Notes: generated by a model from the sequence alone, not told the origin. 64,000 nucleotides of DNA from Octopus sinensis (GCF_006345805.1 NC_043002.1:63240001-63304000), one strand, 5' to 3'. Positions 1-13,825 are shown, counted from the stretch's first letter. Made by a program: numbers and translations.

Positions 1-28
1 TATAATATATATTATATATATATATATA

Positions 29-78
<50 letters not shown>
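1..78. repeat. (TA)n-(GA)n microsatellite
   Basis: Directly visible dinucleotide arrays. Confidence 0.95.
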
Positions 79-82
<4 letters not shown>

Positions 83-169
83 GTATAGATATACATATAT
101 TTTGCATTCACACGTATTTATATACATATGTTTATGCATGTGTGTATATATGTTTGTGTTTTCTTTTTT

Positions 170-371
170 TTCATACTTGTTCCAGTCCTTTGACCGCACT
201 TAGGCCGAACAAATCAACCCCAGGACTTATTCTTTGAAAGCCCAGTACTTATTCCATCGTTATTTTTTGCCGAACAGCTAAGTTATGCTAAGTTACGAGT
301 GGGGCGTAAACACACCGACATCGGTTGTCAAGCGATGGTAGGGATACAAACACAAACAAATAGATAAATAA

Positions 372-422
<51 letters not shown>

Positions 423-595
423 TATATATATACGACGGGGATCTTTAAGTTTCCGTCTACCAAATTCACTCACACGGCTTTGGTCGGCCTGTTGCTCTAG
501 CAGAAGACACTTGCCCAAGTTGCCACGCAGCGGAACTGAACCCGTAATCATGTGGTTGGAAAGCAAACTTCCTACCACACAACTCCGCCTGTACC
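170..595 (-). mobile_element. tRNA-derived SINE, family A (CORE-like), diverged full-length copy
   Basis: Reverse complement of the family-A consensus seen intact at 38082 (GGCGCAGGAGTGGCTGTGTGG...GGTTCAGTCC...CCTTGGGCAAGT, internal TA/CA run, tail TCAAATGACTGAAACAAGTAAAAGA). Confidence 0.85.
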
Positions 596-1477
596 TACTT
601 CAATACATACATATGTGCATAATTTAATACACAGATATATATATTTATATATGTTCAAACACACAAAAAAAAACAAATATATTTATTTATACATCTTTTG
701 AATAGAGGAGATTCAATATAGGGACAGCTTTCCTCATTTGGAAGACATGTAATTAGAAAGAAGAAAGAGTAAGAGAGGTGTTATTAGTGAGGATTATCCA
801 CGGAGAGGCGTTCCCTCTTTATAGACATAAAGATATACTGGGAGAAATAGAGATAGCGTAACAGGCTGATAGAGCGATACGCTATTTTCTAGAAAGTAGG
901 ACAAATGTTGCTGTTTAGTACCAAATGAACGAGGAGTTATCTGCCAATGGAGAACCCGAATCATCAACAACGTGAGTAACTGCTAGACTGCTGAAATTAT
1001 TTGGACCGAGCTTCGATTTCATTTTACTCACGAAGTCTATAAACAAAAGTATTTATCGGAGATAAAATCAATGAGTGAATGTCCTTCGTAAATGTAGGAA
1101 CTTTTATTTTGATATTCCTTGCTATCTGTGCTTACACGAAATGAATTGCAGAAATGCAATCCTCCGCACTCTGTAAGGAATATATTTGCAGCTATTTCTA
1201 AGTTTATGAACAAATGCTTCGGCTTAGCTTCAAGTGATCGACGGACCAGCTTAATCATACCTCATGATGAGTGATATAGAGGTTGCGTTTTTGTTACTTT
1301 ACAAACAATACCTATGAAGACAAAGAATTTGCTTGTGTCACTGAAATCTCCCACACCAACGGCATCTTAAGTTCAAAACTACAGCAGCATGTTTAAAAAT
1401 GAATGTACACATCTGTCGTTGAACTGTTAGTAACACTGCGTATCGAGTTATGAATGTATGTACGTTTATGCGTGTGT

Positions 1478-1544
<67 letters not shown>

Positions 1545-1613
1545 CATACAATATATACATATATACATATATACATATATACATACATATATATACATAT
1601 AACATATATACAT

Positions 1614-1644
<31 letters not shown>

Positions 1645-1673
1645 CATATATTATATATATATATATAATATAT

Positions 1674-1741
<68 letters not shown>

Positions 1742-2010
1742 AGCCCTCTGTCGGTTACGACGGTGACAGTCTCAGCTGATACAATCAACGGAACAGCTTG
1801 CTCGTGAAATTAACTTGCAAGTGACTGAGCAATCCACAGACACGTGTACCCTTAACGTTGTTCTCAGGAAGAATCATCGTGACACAGAGTGTGACAAGGC
1901 CGGCCCTTTGAAATACAGGTACAACTCATTTTTGCCAGCTGAGTGAACTGAAGCAACGTGAAATAAAGTGTCTTGCTCAAGGACACAACGCGGCGCCGGG
2001 AATTGAACTC
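1742..2010 (-). mobile_element. SINE with TTGTGTCCTTGAGCAAGACAC core and the family-C 3' tail, 5'-truncated
   Basis: Minus strand reads GAGTTCAATTCCCGG (B-box-like) then GTGTCCTTGAGCAAGACACTT; the 3' part matches 30652-30840 and 53766-53945. Confidence 0.8.
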
Positions 2011-2044
2011 TGTTTAAAAGTAATGGGATCCTTTTCACTTTCTT

Positions 2045-2318
2045 CTGTTTCAGTATAATGCTAAATAGGGCAGAGCCTGTTGAGGAAAATTATGTTGCTG
2101 TGTATTTCTGTGTTGTGTTCCTGAATTGGATAGGGGACTTATGGCTCGTGGTCCTAGCCTTGGTTGAATCTGAAGCTAATGTTGAAGTCATTTGGACAAT
2201 TCTGGTGACATATTCTCCACATTGTGCAAATGATGCATCGCTCACAGCAGTGCTGGAAATTATAGAGTTTCAATGTTTTTAAACGGTCCCAATAATTAAG
2301 ATCACTCATGTCCGTAAT
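2045..2318 (-). mobile_element. Degenerate CR1-group LINE ORF2 C-terminal fragment
   Basis: Minus-strand translation ITDMSDLNYWDRLKTLKLYNFQHCCERCIICTMWRICHQNCPNDFNISF, then frameshift to PRLGPRAI. Matches the L.YWERLK.LKLYSLQRRRER motif of CR1-like ORF2 ends. Confidence 0.75.
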
Positions 2319-3366
2319 TCTTTTAGTGAATGACCTCTGACGTGATTCCCTTTTCGAAATGTTTTGTATTGGGAAACTACAGGGGGCAGCAGTATATTCT
2401 GCATGCAGAAAGCAATAAGAAACCGGCTATTATTGAATAGGTTTATTTTAACATTCTCTTGCAAAACACATAAACAAGCGCGCACACGATCACATGATTT
2501 TATGGATTACATTGTATGCATGCATACTTTTGGATGCACACGGGAGAAAATTTTTACTGAACGCATATAATAGATATCATTATTCTTTGATGTTAATAAT
2601 GCAATCAATCGATATTAATTAATATACGCACAGACAAACATATGCATGCACGCACGCATTCATATCCCCACACAAACATTCAAACTCAATATATATATAT
2701 ACATATATATTTATGTACATGCATGCGTATATATATCTAAAGAGGGAGAGAAGGATGTAATGTATAGTGTTCCTTCCACAAATGGCCTGGAGCCAAATAT
2801 ATAATGAATACTGTTTGATTACTTTTTCGTATGACATTCAATGAAGCTTCACTAATAAAACATTGTATTTTTCTGAAAGGGGTCTAAGGATTAGATTGCT
2901 GATGTATGTTGCAGCTGCTCCACATCAGATCAGATTTGGCAGCCTGCTATCCCGACTTAACAATAATAAATGTGTACATTTTTATATGACAAAATATACA
3001 TAGTATGCCCATATTTTACCTATAGAATTTTCTATAAAATGGCAAGCTGTAAAGACAATGAATGGGTGATCTGCTAATATATATGTTTATACGTATGAAA
3101 TGTATGTATGTATTGTACGCATTTATGAGTATATATATATATATATAGGTTATGAGAGATAATGGTGTCATTGAGACCCAAAGGTGTCAGATAATGCTGA
3201 ATAAGTGCAATAGATAGACCATAATTAAGTTCCAGGTTCGGTGATTATGCGCATAAGGGGTTCAACATTGGTCATATATCAGCGTGTGTATAAAATAAAA
3301 ATTGTTTTTTTCGTAGTGATATAAAAAAACAAGGATGTGCAGATTTTAGAACATTTATATATGGAA

Positions 3367-3578
3367 GGTCATACAGCTGTTTCCACGATATATATATAAT
3401 TTATCCCTTCATCGTAGACAGTGTGAGAGGATGGTTAAGTACTAGTTAATTTACATAAGTTACAAAATAGAGAGTGAGGTGGAGGAAAGAAAATAGATTT
3501 AACTATTACTCAACCATCCTCTCACACCGTCTCCGAAGAAGGGATATTATAAATATTCTGGAAACGGCTGTAAGACCT
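3367..3578. repeat. Imperfect inverted repeat (arms about 85 bp, about 40-nt spacer); each arm carries a degenerate hammerhead-like motif
   Basis: The reverse complement of 3367-3451 aligns with about 3494-3578. The + arm reads gtct-CCGAAGA-agggatatt/ata/aatattctg-GAAA-c-ggct-g-TA-agac (3529-3576). Confidence 0.8.
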
Positions 3579-3608
3579 ACTATGTATAAATGTATATTAT
3601 ATATATAA

Positions 3609-3660
<52 letters not shown>

Positions 3661-3665
<5 letters not shown>

Positions 3666-4067
3666 AATTAAGGACTGAACACGAAAAAAGTGGACAGTCA
3701 ACATGCTAGATATAGACGTCAAATCGCCATTCTCCACAAAGATTTTGAAAGATACATCCGAAAGTAATAGGTCGTACTTTTTGCATGCGGGACTCCGGTA
3801 CCGTTTTTTCATCTAGTACAACATATTATTCTCATAACAAACTACGCTGACGAAGCTACAGGTATCCTTGTGATATTAATAGCTGAAACTGTACGGTACG
3901 TAGGTGATTATTCCATTTCGTATATTTCTTTTGTCTCATCCATTGCTTTAGGTCGTGCTGAATTTTATTTTTATTTGAGAACAAAATCTTTGTGGAGAAT
4001 GGCGATTTGACGTCTATATCTAGCATGTTCACTGTCCACTTTTTCGTGTTCAGTCCTTAATTGGTAT
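3661..4067. mobile_element. Fold-back element: 87/86-bp inverted repeats enclosing about 235 bp that contain a hammerhead ribozyme (Penelope-like derivative)
   Basis: 3661-3747 is the reverse complement of 3982-4067 (1 mismatch, 1 indel by eye). Both outer ends abut (TA)n. Confidence 0.85.
3842..3903 (+). ncRNA. Minimal type-I hammerhead ribozyme, canonical core, GUA cleavage triplet
   Basis: Stem I ctacg(3842-46)/cgtag(3899-3903); CUGACGA 3847-53; stem II agcta/tagct; GAAA 3885-88; short self-complementary stem III ACUGUACGGU; GUA 3896-98. Confidence 0.85.
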
Positions 4068-4186
4068 ATATAAATATTTTAATCTTCGGATTCTTTTTAA
4101 TGTGCTAGACCACTGGTTTTAATTGACTAATATCAATTTTTACCCATAATTTTTAAATATATATATATATATATATATACATATAC

Positions 4187-4311
4187 GCCGGGATTCTTTT
4201 AGTTTCCGTCTACCAAATCCACTCGCAAGGCTTTGATCTTCACGCAGTGGAACTGAACTCCGAACCGGGTGGTTTGTAAACAAGCTACTTATCACACAGC
4301 CACAACTGCAT
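4187..4311 (-). mobile_element. SINE family A, 5' portion
   Basis: Matches the reverse complement of the family-A head (GTTTCCGTCTACCAAATCCACT...CACAGCCAC). Confidence 0.75.
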
Positions 4312-4359
4312 CTTATATATTGATTTAATTGTCATACTAAATGTAACTTTGCCACCTTG

Positions 4360-4560
4360 TTATATTGGTTTCAAATGTTAGCAGTTTTAGGGTAAGTGTA
4401 AGTCGATTTCACCAATTCCAGGGCTCAAATGGAATACATGTTACCGATTCCGAAGAGATGGATGGCAAAGTCGACATCAGCATAATTGGAATTGAGGACG
4501 TGAAGTCTGAAGAAATGTTACTAAGTAATTTTCCCGGCGTGCTAACAATTCAGTCAGTTT
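4360..4560 (-). mobile_element. Old SINE family B copy
   Basis: GATGGCAAAGTCGAC...GGAATTGA matches the family-B central domain on the minus strand. Confidence 0.55.
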
Positions 4561-4960
4561 TCTATAAATATTGCAGTCAGGACACTATTACCAGTTGAAA
4601 GCAACAATTCACTAAGAGCTTCTTCGCTCCATTGCTGACTGCATCCAAACCATTTTCGAATCCCATTATTCAATCTAAGATATGAATATTACACATTACG
4701 AAGATATGTCACAACCTAAACTTTAAATTCTCGGTGAGATCAAAGGAGACAGATCTTATGCTACACCGTGTGTTTGGAAGTAATTTAGGCAGGGTGAAAC
4801 TCGTTCCATTCGTGGTCGAAATACTCAAGTGTGTTTGTTTTTCTTCCTGAAAATGAGAAATAAATAAATAAAGGCAGAAAGAAACAAATAAACAAAGTGG
4901 AAAGATTGAAAGGAAAGAATGAAAGAAACAAACAATGTAAGAAAGAACGCGGCTAAAAGA

Positions 4961-5031
<71 letters not shown>

Positions 5032-6789
5032 GTTTGAGAAAATGCGAGCTTGATATAAACATACAAGAAAAAAATAAGGATCTACCCTACTTCAGGACTA
5101 TTTGTTTACCTACAACGAAACGATGGAATGCAATATTGACGCCGGTGAATCTTGATCCCAGTGAATCGGGTCGATTAGCAAGTAGTAATAAATCTGACGC
5201 CCGCAATGTCTCTCAGATGGATTTCATATTGTTATATATAACAACACTTTGTATTCGATGCAGAAATATATACAGACGAGGAAGGTAGTCACGTGTTAAA
5301 TAGCATTTTTCAAACCTAAACCATCAGTCTTCAATTGGCAGAAAAATGTAAGAAAATATAAGACAACTGTAGCATCCCTTCTAATTTAGGGAAAAGACCC
5401 GTTATTCCAGGAATCATTGCTAGTCGATTACATTGACAACAGTGCTCAAAAGCGTGAAAAGATGAAAAGCAGAGTCGACCACGGCGTAATTTGGACTCAA
5501 AGTGTAATGGATGATATGTCGCATTTTATCGGGCCTTCTAATGAATATGCCAATTAATATAAAAAATAAAAACAGCGACAAGAATAGCAACTGTAAAAAT
5601 GGTTTTATAAGATTCATTCTAGAATGACATATCTTTTCATTTCTCTCTGTCTGCGAAAGAATTTACTAAATTCTCTCTCCAGTTCGTTCCTTCACTTTCT
5701 TGTTTACGATAAATATAAAACGATACCATTTAATGTAGATAAAATTTCTGCTTAGATATCTATCAGATCTAATTACAATATTTGTTAAAGAATTAATGAT
5801 TCTGTAAATATCTGAGGAATGAATCTAACTGAAAAATATCCTATGAATAAACTCTCTTTTTTTTCCCTTCCCGTTTTGCCTCAAATGTAGATAGTTTGTT
5901 AAAAGAAATATAGTGGATGTTTTCTCAATATACGTATCAGAACTATATAGAAATGATTTCAAAATAAAATACAGAATCCTTTCAAATGTCTTTCCAATTT
6001 TGATTCGATAAAATCGCAGATTTTAAGTGTAACCAAAATGGAACCTAAATTATTTTCGACAAACATTTCAGTTTATCAACAATGATTTCCAATACTGACA
6101 CAGCAGCTCATATTCATGGAAACGTATTCTAGATCTCACAGAATCGTGTAAATGGATAGTATCATTTTAACGTACCCCAAAAGCTCTAAATGCTTGGCTT
6201 TCAAAATAGAACGGAGAGAGATGCAGCAAATTACGCAAAGATATATTTGTAAATCCACCAAATCGTAGCACTTGTAGTTTCATACTAAATGTTTTCAAAT
6301 CTCATATCAATACAAGATTCATGCTTTTAGTTTATTCTTCACAGATTATTTTATAGATTTATCAATGTGGTACTCAAGTCTTGTAAAAAATAAAAATAGC
6401 AATTCAAGAAAAAAAAGCAGAATATAAAAACGATATTACAAAACATTCATTGAAAGAAATTCATAGAAAAGCGAATTGATAAATTCTAAATGTTCTTCAC
6501 AAAATATGCCGATTTCCAACATCTATTTGTTGTATTAATATAGATTATGTTATTTTTTGATGATGCTATATCTACTGGCGTTGTTATTGCCTTTTTTTAG
6601 TTGTGATGGTAGAGGTAATGGTTGTGCTGCAGCTTCTGTTGTTGTAGATGTTTTGGAGGATTTTCAAAGAAATATATTTGTAACTACTTAAGAAAAAAAT
6701 GCGTAAAAAATAATTTGATTAGTAGGCGGATAAAAATAAGGCAGATAAAATAGACAAAAGCAAGAAAAAAATTAATTAACCGTGCTAAT

Positions 6790-6826
6790 AATAATGATCG
6801 TGGTGATGATAACGATGAGAATGAAT

Positions 6827-6870
<44 letters not shown>

Positions 6871-6994
6871 AAGGACAACGACAATGATAGTCACATCGGC
6901 AACGTCAACGATAATAACGATAGTAATGATGTTATCGGCACTGCTGTTTACACCACATCAACTGCGAAATCAACATCCACCAAATCCGCTACAT

Positions 6995-7077
<83 letters not shown>

Positions 7078-7139
7078 TGCTGCTGCTGCTGCTACTGCTG
7101 CTGCTACTGCTGCTACTGCTGTTGCTGCTGCTGTTGCTG

Positions 7140-7172
<33 letters not shown>

Positions 7173-7173
7173 G

Positions 7174-7211
<38 letters not shown>

Positions 7212-7280
7212 CTACTACCACTACTACTACTACTACAATATTACTACTGCTACTATTACTGCTGCTGTTGCTGCTGCTAT

Positions 7281-7317
<37 letters not shown>

Positions 7318-7335
7318 GTTACCAAAGTGCAACAA
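6790..7335. repeat. Mosaic trinucleotide array (GAT)n-(ACT)n-(GCT)n
   Basis: Directly visible. It explains the poly-M/L/Y/C/A/T ORFs in the track. Confidence 0.95.
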
Positions 7336-7354
7336 CAGCAACAACAATAATAGG

Positions 7355-7560
7355 TACAAATTTTGGCACAAGGCCACCAACGTCGTAGGGAGGGCTCAAT
7401 CGATTATAATGACTACAGTGCTCAACCGTTTCTTATTCTATCGACACCGAAAAGTCGACCTCGACGGAATTTGATCTCAGGTCGTAAACACGAACGAAAT
7501 AACACGAAGTACTCTGGCAGATGTGCAAAAGGATTTTGCCAGTTCACCGCCTTACAGGAT
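7355..7560 (-). mobile_element. Diverged SINE family B copy
   Basis: AAAGTCGACCTCGACGGAATTTGA and the TTTGCCAGTTCACCGCCTT head, in minus orientation. Confidence 0.7.
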
Positions 7561-7571
7561 GAAAACAACAC

Positions 7572-7675
<104 letters not shown>

Positions 7676-7741
7676 GATGTAATAGAAATCAACTAAAGGA
7701 CAGAAGATCGATATGCCATCATATATACGTTTTGATCTTAG

Positions 7742-7937
7742 TTATTGACCATCGTTGACCATCGTCACCACATCACTCGACTCAGTGGTAGAAGGGACAC
7801 AATCGTCACTGCCATTTAAGTCATTATGGTGATCAAATTCTCTCGTATCTTTTGATTTTTTATTTCCTTTTGTCGTTGGAACAAAGCCATATTGGAAGAG
7901 TAGCTCTCCAAGGGTTTTAGTCGAACAGTCCGCTTTG
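7742..7937 (-). CDS. Putative terminal coding exon of an unidentified minus-strand gene (frame KADCSTKTLGELLFQYGFVP...VNDGQ*; alternative frame KRTVRLKPLE...LITIMT*, stop 7816-7818)
   Basis: Acceptor ttggctttttgcgtccccgtag at 7939-7938, consensus branch point CTAAC at 7979-7975, and a 65-codon open frame with non-repetitive composition in otherwise repeat-rich DNA. Confidence 0.5.
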
Positions 7938-8439
7938 CTACGGGGACGCAAAAAGCCAACACAAGTTGTAAAATGTTAGTGGTGGTTGTGGTTGAGTTGT
8001 TGTTGGTGGCGTTGGTGGTTGTGGTGGCGGTGGTAGTGGTTGTTTTATTGTTGTTGGTGGTGGTGGTGAGGAAGAATAGATTAAGGAATACATTAAGGAA
8101 AGTAAGTTCATGGCCGTGCTGTAGCGCAAGTCTAAAATCGCAGTGGAGCGGTTGGATGGAGTTTCAAATAGGGAGAGTTACCATCACATGAATGATAGGT
8201 AAGTTTGAATAAGATGCTATCATTCAGAATCTCCAATGAAAAAGATAAACTTCTCAGATGTGTTTCTAAACACACACGGACATACACACACACATACACA
8301 CGCAGGCGCACGCACACTCACGTACACACATTCATAAACACGCACACACACAGACACACACACGTGTATATATATATAAGAATGGAGTCGAAGGAAGATG
8401 TTAACAAAATTCCTTTTGTCTTTTTATTATTTTATTTGC

Positions 8440-8830
8440 TTCAGTTACCTCACTACGGCCATGCTGGAGCACAGCTTTTAGTCTAACGAATCGACATCAG
8501 TACTTACTCTTTGTAAGCATAGTACTTATTCTATCGGTCTCTTTTGCCGAACTCGTTAGTAATGGGCTTTGGAGTGATCACGCCAACATCGGTTGTCAAG
8601 CAATAGTGAGGAGACAAACACAGACATACAAACATTCACACACACACACATGCACACATACACACGCACACACACACAAACACACACTCGCACATATATG
8701 TATATGCATATAAACGACGAGCTTCTTACAGTTTCCGTCTACCAAATCCACCCAGAAGGCTTTGGTCGGACCGAGGCTATAGTTGAAAAGACTTGCTCAA
8801 GGTACCACGCAGTGACATTGAACCCGAGAG
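8440..8830 (-). mobile_element. SINE family A, 5'-truncated
   Basis: Matches the family-A body and tail. Confidence 0.8.
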
Positions 8831-8904
8831 AGAGTGAAAGAGACTTCAGTACATAGATAATAGTTAGTAATACGTGCATATACGATATATATATATATAT
8901 ATAT

Positions 8905-9313
8905 ATATCTTTTACTCTTTACTCTATTGCTTCTTTCAGTCATTTGACTGCGGCCATTCTGGAGCACCGCCTTTAGTCGAGCAAATCGACCCCGGGACTT
9001 ATTCTTTGTAAGCCTAGTACTTATTATATCGGTCTCTTCTGCCGAACCGCTAAGTGACGGGGACGTAAACACACCAGCATCGGTTGTCAAGCAATGCTAG
9101 GGGGACAAACACATACACGCAAACACATACACACACACACATATATATTATTTACATATATACGACAGGCTTCTTTCAGTTTCCGTCTACCAAATCCACT
9201 CACAATGATTTGGTCGGCCCGAAGACACATGCCCAAGATGCCACGCAGTGGGACTGAACCCGGAACCATGTAGTTGGTTAGGAAGCTACTTACCACACAG
9301 CCACTCCTGCGCC
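8905..9313 (-). mobile_element. SINE family A, full-length
   Basis: Ends in CCACTCCTGCGCC (the head in reverse) with an intact tail. Confidence 0.9.
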
Positions 9314-9497
9314 TTTAAATATATATATATCTGTACAATTATCCATGTTTATATATATGCATGTATACATATATAGATGTATGTATGTATATATACATGT
9401 ATCTGTGTGTATATGTATATTCATTTATATATGTATATATTTAGACATGGCCTGGGCCAATAATGGCCGAAACCTATCAAAGTACCAAAGTATTAAA

Positions 9498-9556
<59 letters not shown>

Positions 9557-9682
9557 CACATATGTATATATAGAGAAAAAAGGTAGAATATGAAAAAAAG
9601 GTTGACAGATTGATAGATCGTAAAAGAATTAACAAGCTATAAATGTTTACCTCTCTACCTTGCTCTCAATATCTCTCTGTAT

Positions 9683-9731
<49 letters not shown>

Positions 9732-10215
9732 ATATATATGTATGTAGGTATGTATGTATGCATGCATTACAAGTATACATTTGTGTGTGAGTACAGATTA
9801 TGAGACGGACATGGCGCACCGGCATCTCACCCTAGAACACAAACAACCGCACTGAAGTATACCCACCTACGGATGTATGGGAGCTATTGTATTTTTTCAA
9901 TATTTCTCTGTTCTGACATGAGTCTATTGTCATCTAATTTATAAGTAAAATTAGACACAGAACATGAAGGAAAAAATAACATAAAATTAAAAAACGTAAG
10001 CAGTATTTTTTTTTTCTTTCGTTTATGACAATTTCAAATGAAGTCGTTTTTCGAATATCATCGAGAAACATATCTTTGTCAGGATGTAAATATTATTTTC
10101 TATCCTGTACGGAACAATCTGTCTGTGCGCAATGTTTACGTATTTAAGCATACGAAATAAAACGACACAACATCACATCACTATCCCTCACCGCCTCTTT
10201 GATACCCCTGTCTAA

Positions 10216-10254
<39 letters not shown>

Positions 10255-10422
10255 CCTCGCTCTCCCACTCACTCCCTCTCACTGAATATCTCCCTCCCTC
10301 ATTCGTACGGTGATTTTCATACGGCAATCAATTTGTCTTTCTACCAATTTCTTTCTGTCGTACACACACACAGAAGTGCGTGCACACACAGAAGCGCGTG
10401 CACACACATTCACACAAGTATA

Positions 10423-10469
<47 letters not shown>

Positions 10470-10654
10470 TCTTGTGTGCTTATTTATATATGTATATACA
10501 GAAGAATATGTATATATGTATCTATGTATGTTTGTATATATACACACATATATGCACATATATAGATGCATGTATATATATATACATACAATATATATAA
10601 TATATATATATAATACATATATATATATACATATATATTAAATATATATAATAT

Positions 10655-10724
<70 letters not shown>

Positions 10725-11162
10725 CATATATATATATATATTATTTTAGAAGTAATTTCCTTTATACTTATTACAATGATGGAGAGACTTTTTTTACAAT
10801 TATATTTTACTTTGCTCGTTTTTTCTCATTTTCTTTCTTTTTTTTTGTTCAATCTTTCGAATATAGAGATGTCTCTTTTATGTAAACTAATGTTTGTTTT
10901 GATGTAATTATTTTTCATTGTAGAATTCATCCAGTGAAAAAATAGTCAGAAAAATATGGCTGCCATCTTGTGTTTTGACACTACTGATTTGAGCAAAGAT
11001 TAATTCAAAATGATGGAATTGATAAGAAAATGGTTACCTCAAGAAAATTCGTTCTTTGACAATGAAGTTCTATATATGCATATACATGCGTCTACATATA
11101 AGAACGCATACATTGACATGCGCGCGCACACACATGCCCACACAATCATATATATTAAATAT

Positions 11163-11220
<58 letters not shown>

Positions 11221-11222
<2 letters not shown>

Positions 11223-11385
11223 CGCAGGAGTGGCTGTGTGGTAAGTAGCTTGCTAACCAACCACATGGTTCCGGGTTCAGTCCCACTGCGTGGCATCTAG
11301 AGTAAGTGTCCTCTGCTATAGCCCCGGGCCGACATATGCCTTGTGATTGGATTTGGTTGACAGAAACTGAATGAAGCCTGTTGTA
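11221..11385 (+). mobile_element. SINE family A, 5' half
   Basis: GGCGCAGGAGTGGCTGTGTGGTAAGTAGC...GGTTCAGTCCCACTGCG with A- and B-box-like motifs. Confidence 0.9.
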
Positions 11386-13482
11386 TATATAATATATATA
11401 TATATATATACATATTTGCGCATATATGTATATACGTATATTTGAGTGTGTGTGTGTGTGTTTGCGTTTGTGTGTGTGTGTATGTGTTTTATATGTATTG
11501 ATATACATACAAACTTAAGACGGTAAGTGGTAGTAGTGTTAGCTTCCTGGGCAAAATGCACAACGGCATTAACTGGTTAACTATGCTTTTCATCCTTTCT
11601 GGGTCATTTTTTCTAGATATTTTATCAGTTTCTTTCTGACGATTCGTTCATTGAATTGAATGATATGTAAAGTCAGAGAGAATGCGCTGTATATTTCAGG
11701 CTCTGTTCCTCACTCACCATTTTAGACAAGGGATATAATAAATTCTCTTCGCTTTATAGGATATGTGTCACTTGCAGTGAAACTCCGTAGTGGCTTAGCA
11801 AAAAGCCTCTTCATATACCTTTAGTTGACTACCTGTGAGGCCATCGGGAACTCCTACTGTGGTTAAGGTCGTTCCATCTATAGCCGCCGTTACATGTACT
11901 ACTTCAATGTCGATGAAATGCACATACATATTTAAATATAAATAATTAAAAAACAATGCGTGTACAGATAATACTTACCCCTGTAATAAGGCATCTGTAC
12001 AATATTATTGCCTATATAATTGGTCATATATGTTTACGTATATATGTAAATACCTACCTACATAAATATATAAATACCTACATATACCTAAACACATACA
12101 CACACATATGTGTGTGTGTATGTGTGCGTGTATGTATGTATATAGATAGATAGATATAGATATATAGAGATATATACGTAGAAGGTACAAAAGTTACCCG
12201 CGGTTTGATATGTATGAGGAAAATAAGACAAGGGAGAAAATGCTAAAATAATTTTTTCATGAAATACAGATTTACTACTACCCACCTACGACGCATTCAC
12301 AAATGAATAGAATGAGACAGACTATCTGGTGACTATGGAAATATTTACTTATTTAAAGACTATGGAAATATCTACAAAACATTTCCCTTACTTCTTTTTT
12401 ACTAATTCAATTGTTTTGCTTATTTCACACTTAATTGAAAAAAGTGGAAATGACGGAAACCGGTACTGAAATGTACTTCATGAAATAAGTATTTCAGCAT
12501 TTTCTACCCTACCTTCTCTTATTTTTCTTATATATACATATATGTGTTTGTCTGTGTGTCTGTGTGTGTGTGTGGTTGTGTGTGTGCGTGTATGCGCACA
12601 TACATGCAATTCTATATAAACAGGAAGGTAAATAGATAGAATAGGTAAGTGGATAGATAGATAAATGGTATTTAGACATATATATATACACCTGAAATCC
12701 ATATTCCGCAGTGACCCCACATCATACCTAATTTAACTGAGAATCTATGAATAGTTTAAACACAGAATTACAGATATTCACACTGGAAATATATACAAAA
12801 GTTACCAAATATATGGTGGGATGTTATGATTATTCTATATAGCAAAAAGGAAATACACATACCAATAACCACACATGTGTTATGTATGTATAATATAAAA
12901 AGCAAAGGACGAATTCGCAGAGTAGACTCTTTCCCCTGAGTAACAAGGACAAAATAACGGAAATAACCATTACAATGTAGGAAATTCTATATTTCAAACA
13001 AAGGTGTGTATTGCAATTTCCAACACGACATATGTTAGACTTAATATGTTTTGTTAACTTTTAATAAAGAAAAGTTCTCGATTTTGGGTATTGTAAACTT
13101 TAGACGTGTTTGTCTACAGTTTACAATACCTTAAATCGATTATCTCAACCTATTAGGCATATATATATAGATATATTAGACTTACACACACACACACACA
13201 CATATATATATACATATATATATATATGTATATATACATATATATGTGTATATATATATATATGTGTATATATATATATATGTGTATATATATTATATGT
13301 GTATATATATATATGTGTATATATATATATATGTGTATATATATATATATGTGTATATATATATATATATAATATAATGATATAGACTGTGGATAACTTT
13401 AAAAATTATACATTGAAACACAGCGAATATATGTGTATACATATTTATATTCATATAATATATATAACTTATATATATATAT

Positions 13483-13519
<37 letters not shown>

Positions 13520-13825
13520 TATATACACATATATATATATATATTTACATACATATATATATATATATACATACATATATATATATATGTATGTATATAT
13601 GTATGAATAGAGAAACAGAGAAGGAGAGAGCGATAGACAAATAGATAGAGAGATAAATTATATATATATATACGTAATATATGTATATATATATGTCTAT
13701 ATATGTCTATATATATATAATACACAGCCACACACACACACACACACACACACAACATATATATATACTAATATATATATATATATATATATATATTCAT
13801 ATATACATATACATATGTCAGTGAC

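Noticed and set aside
2376-2390. CTCF-like ACTACAGGGGGCAGC
   Set aside because: The 5' half mismatches the consensus; a single short motif is not supportable without ChIP data.
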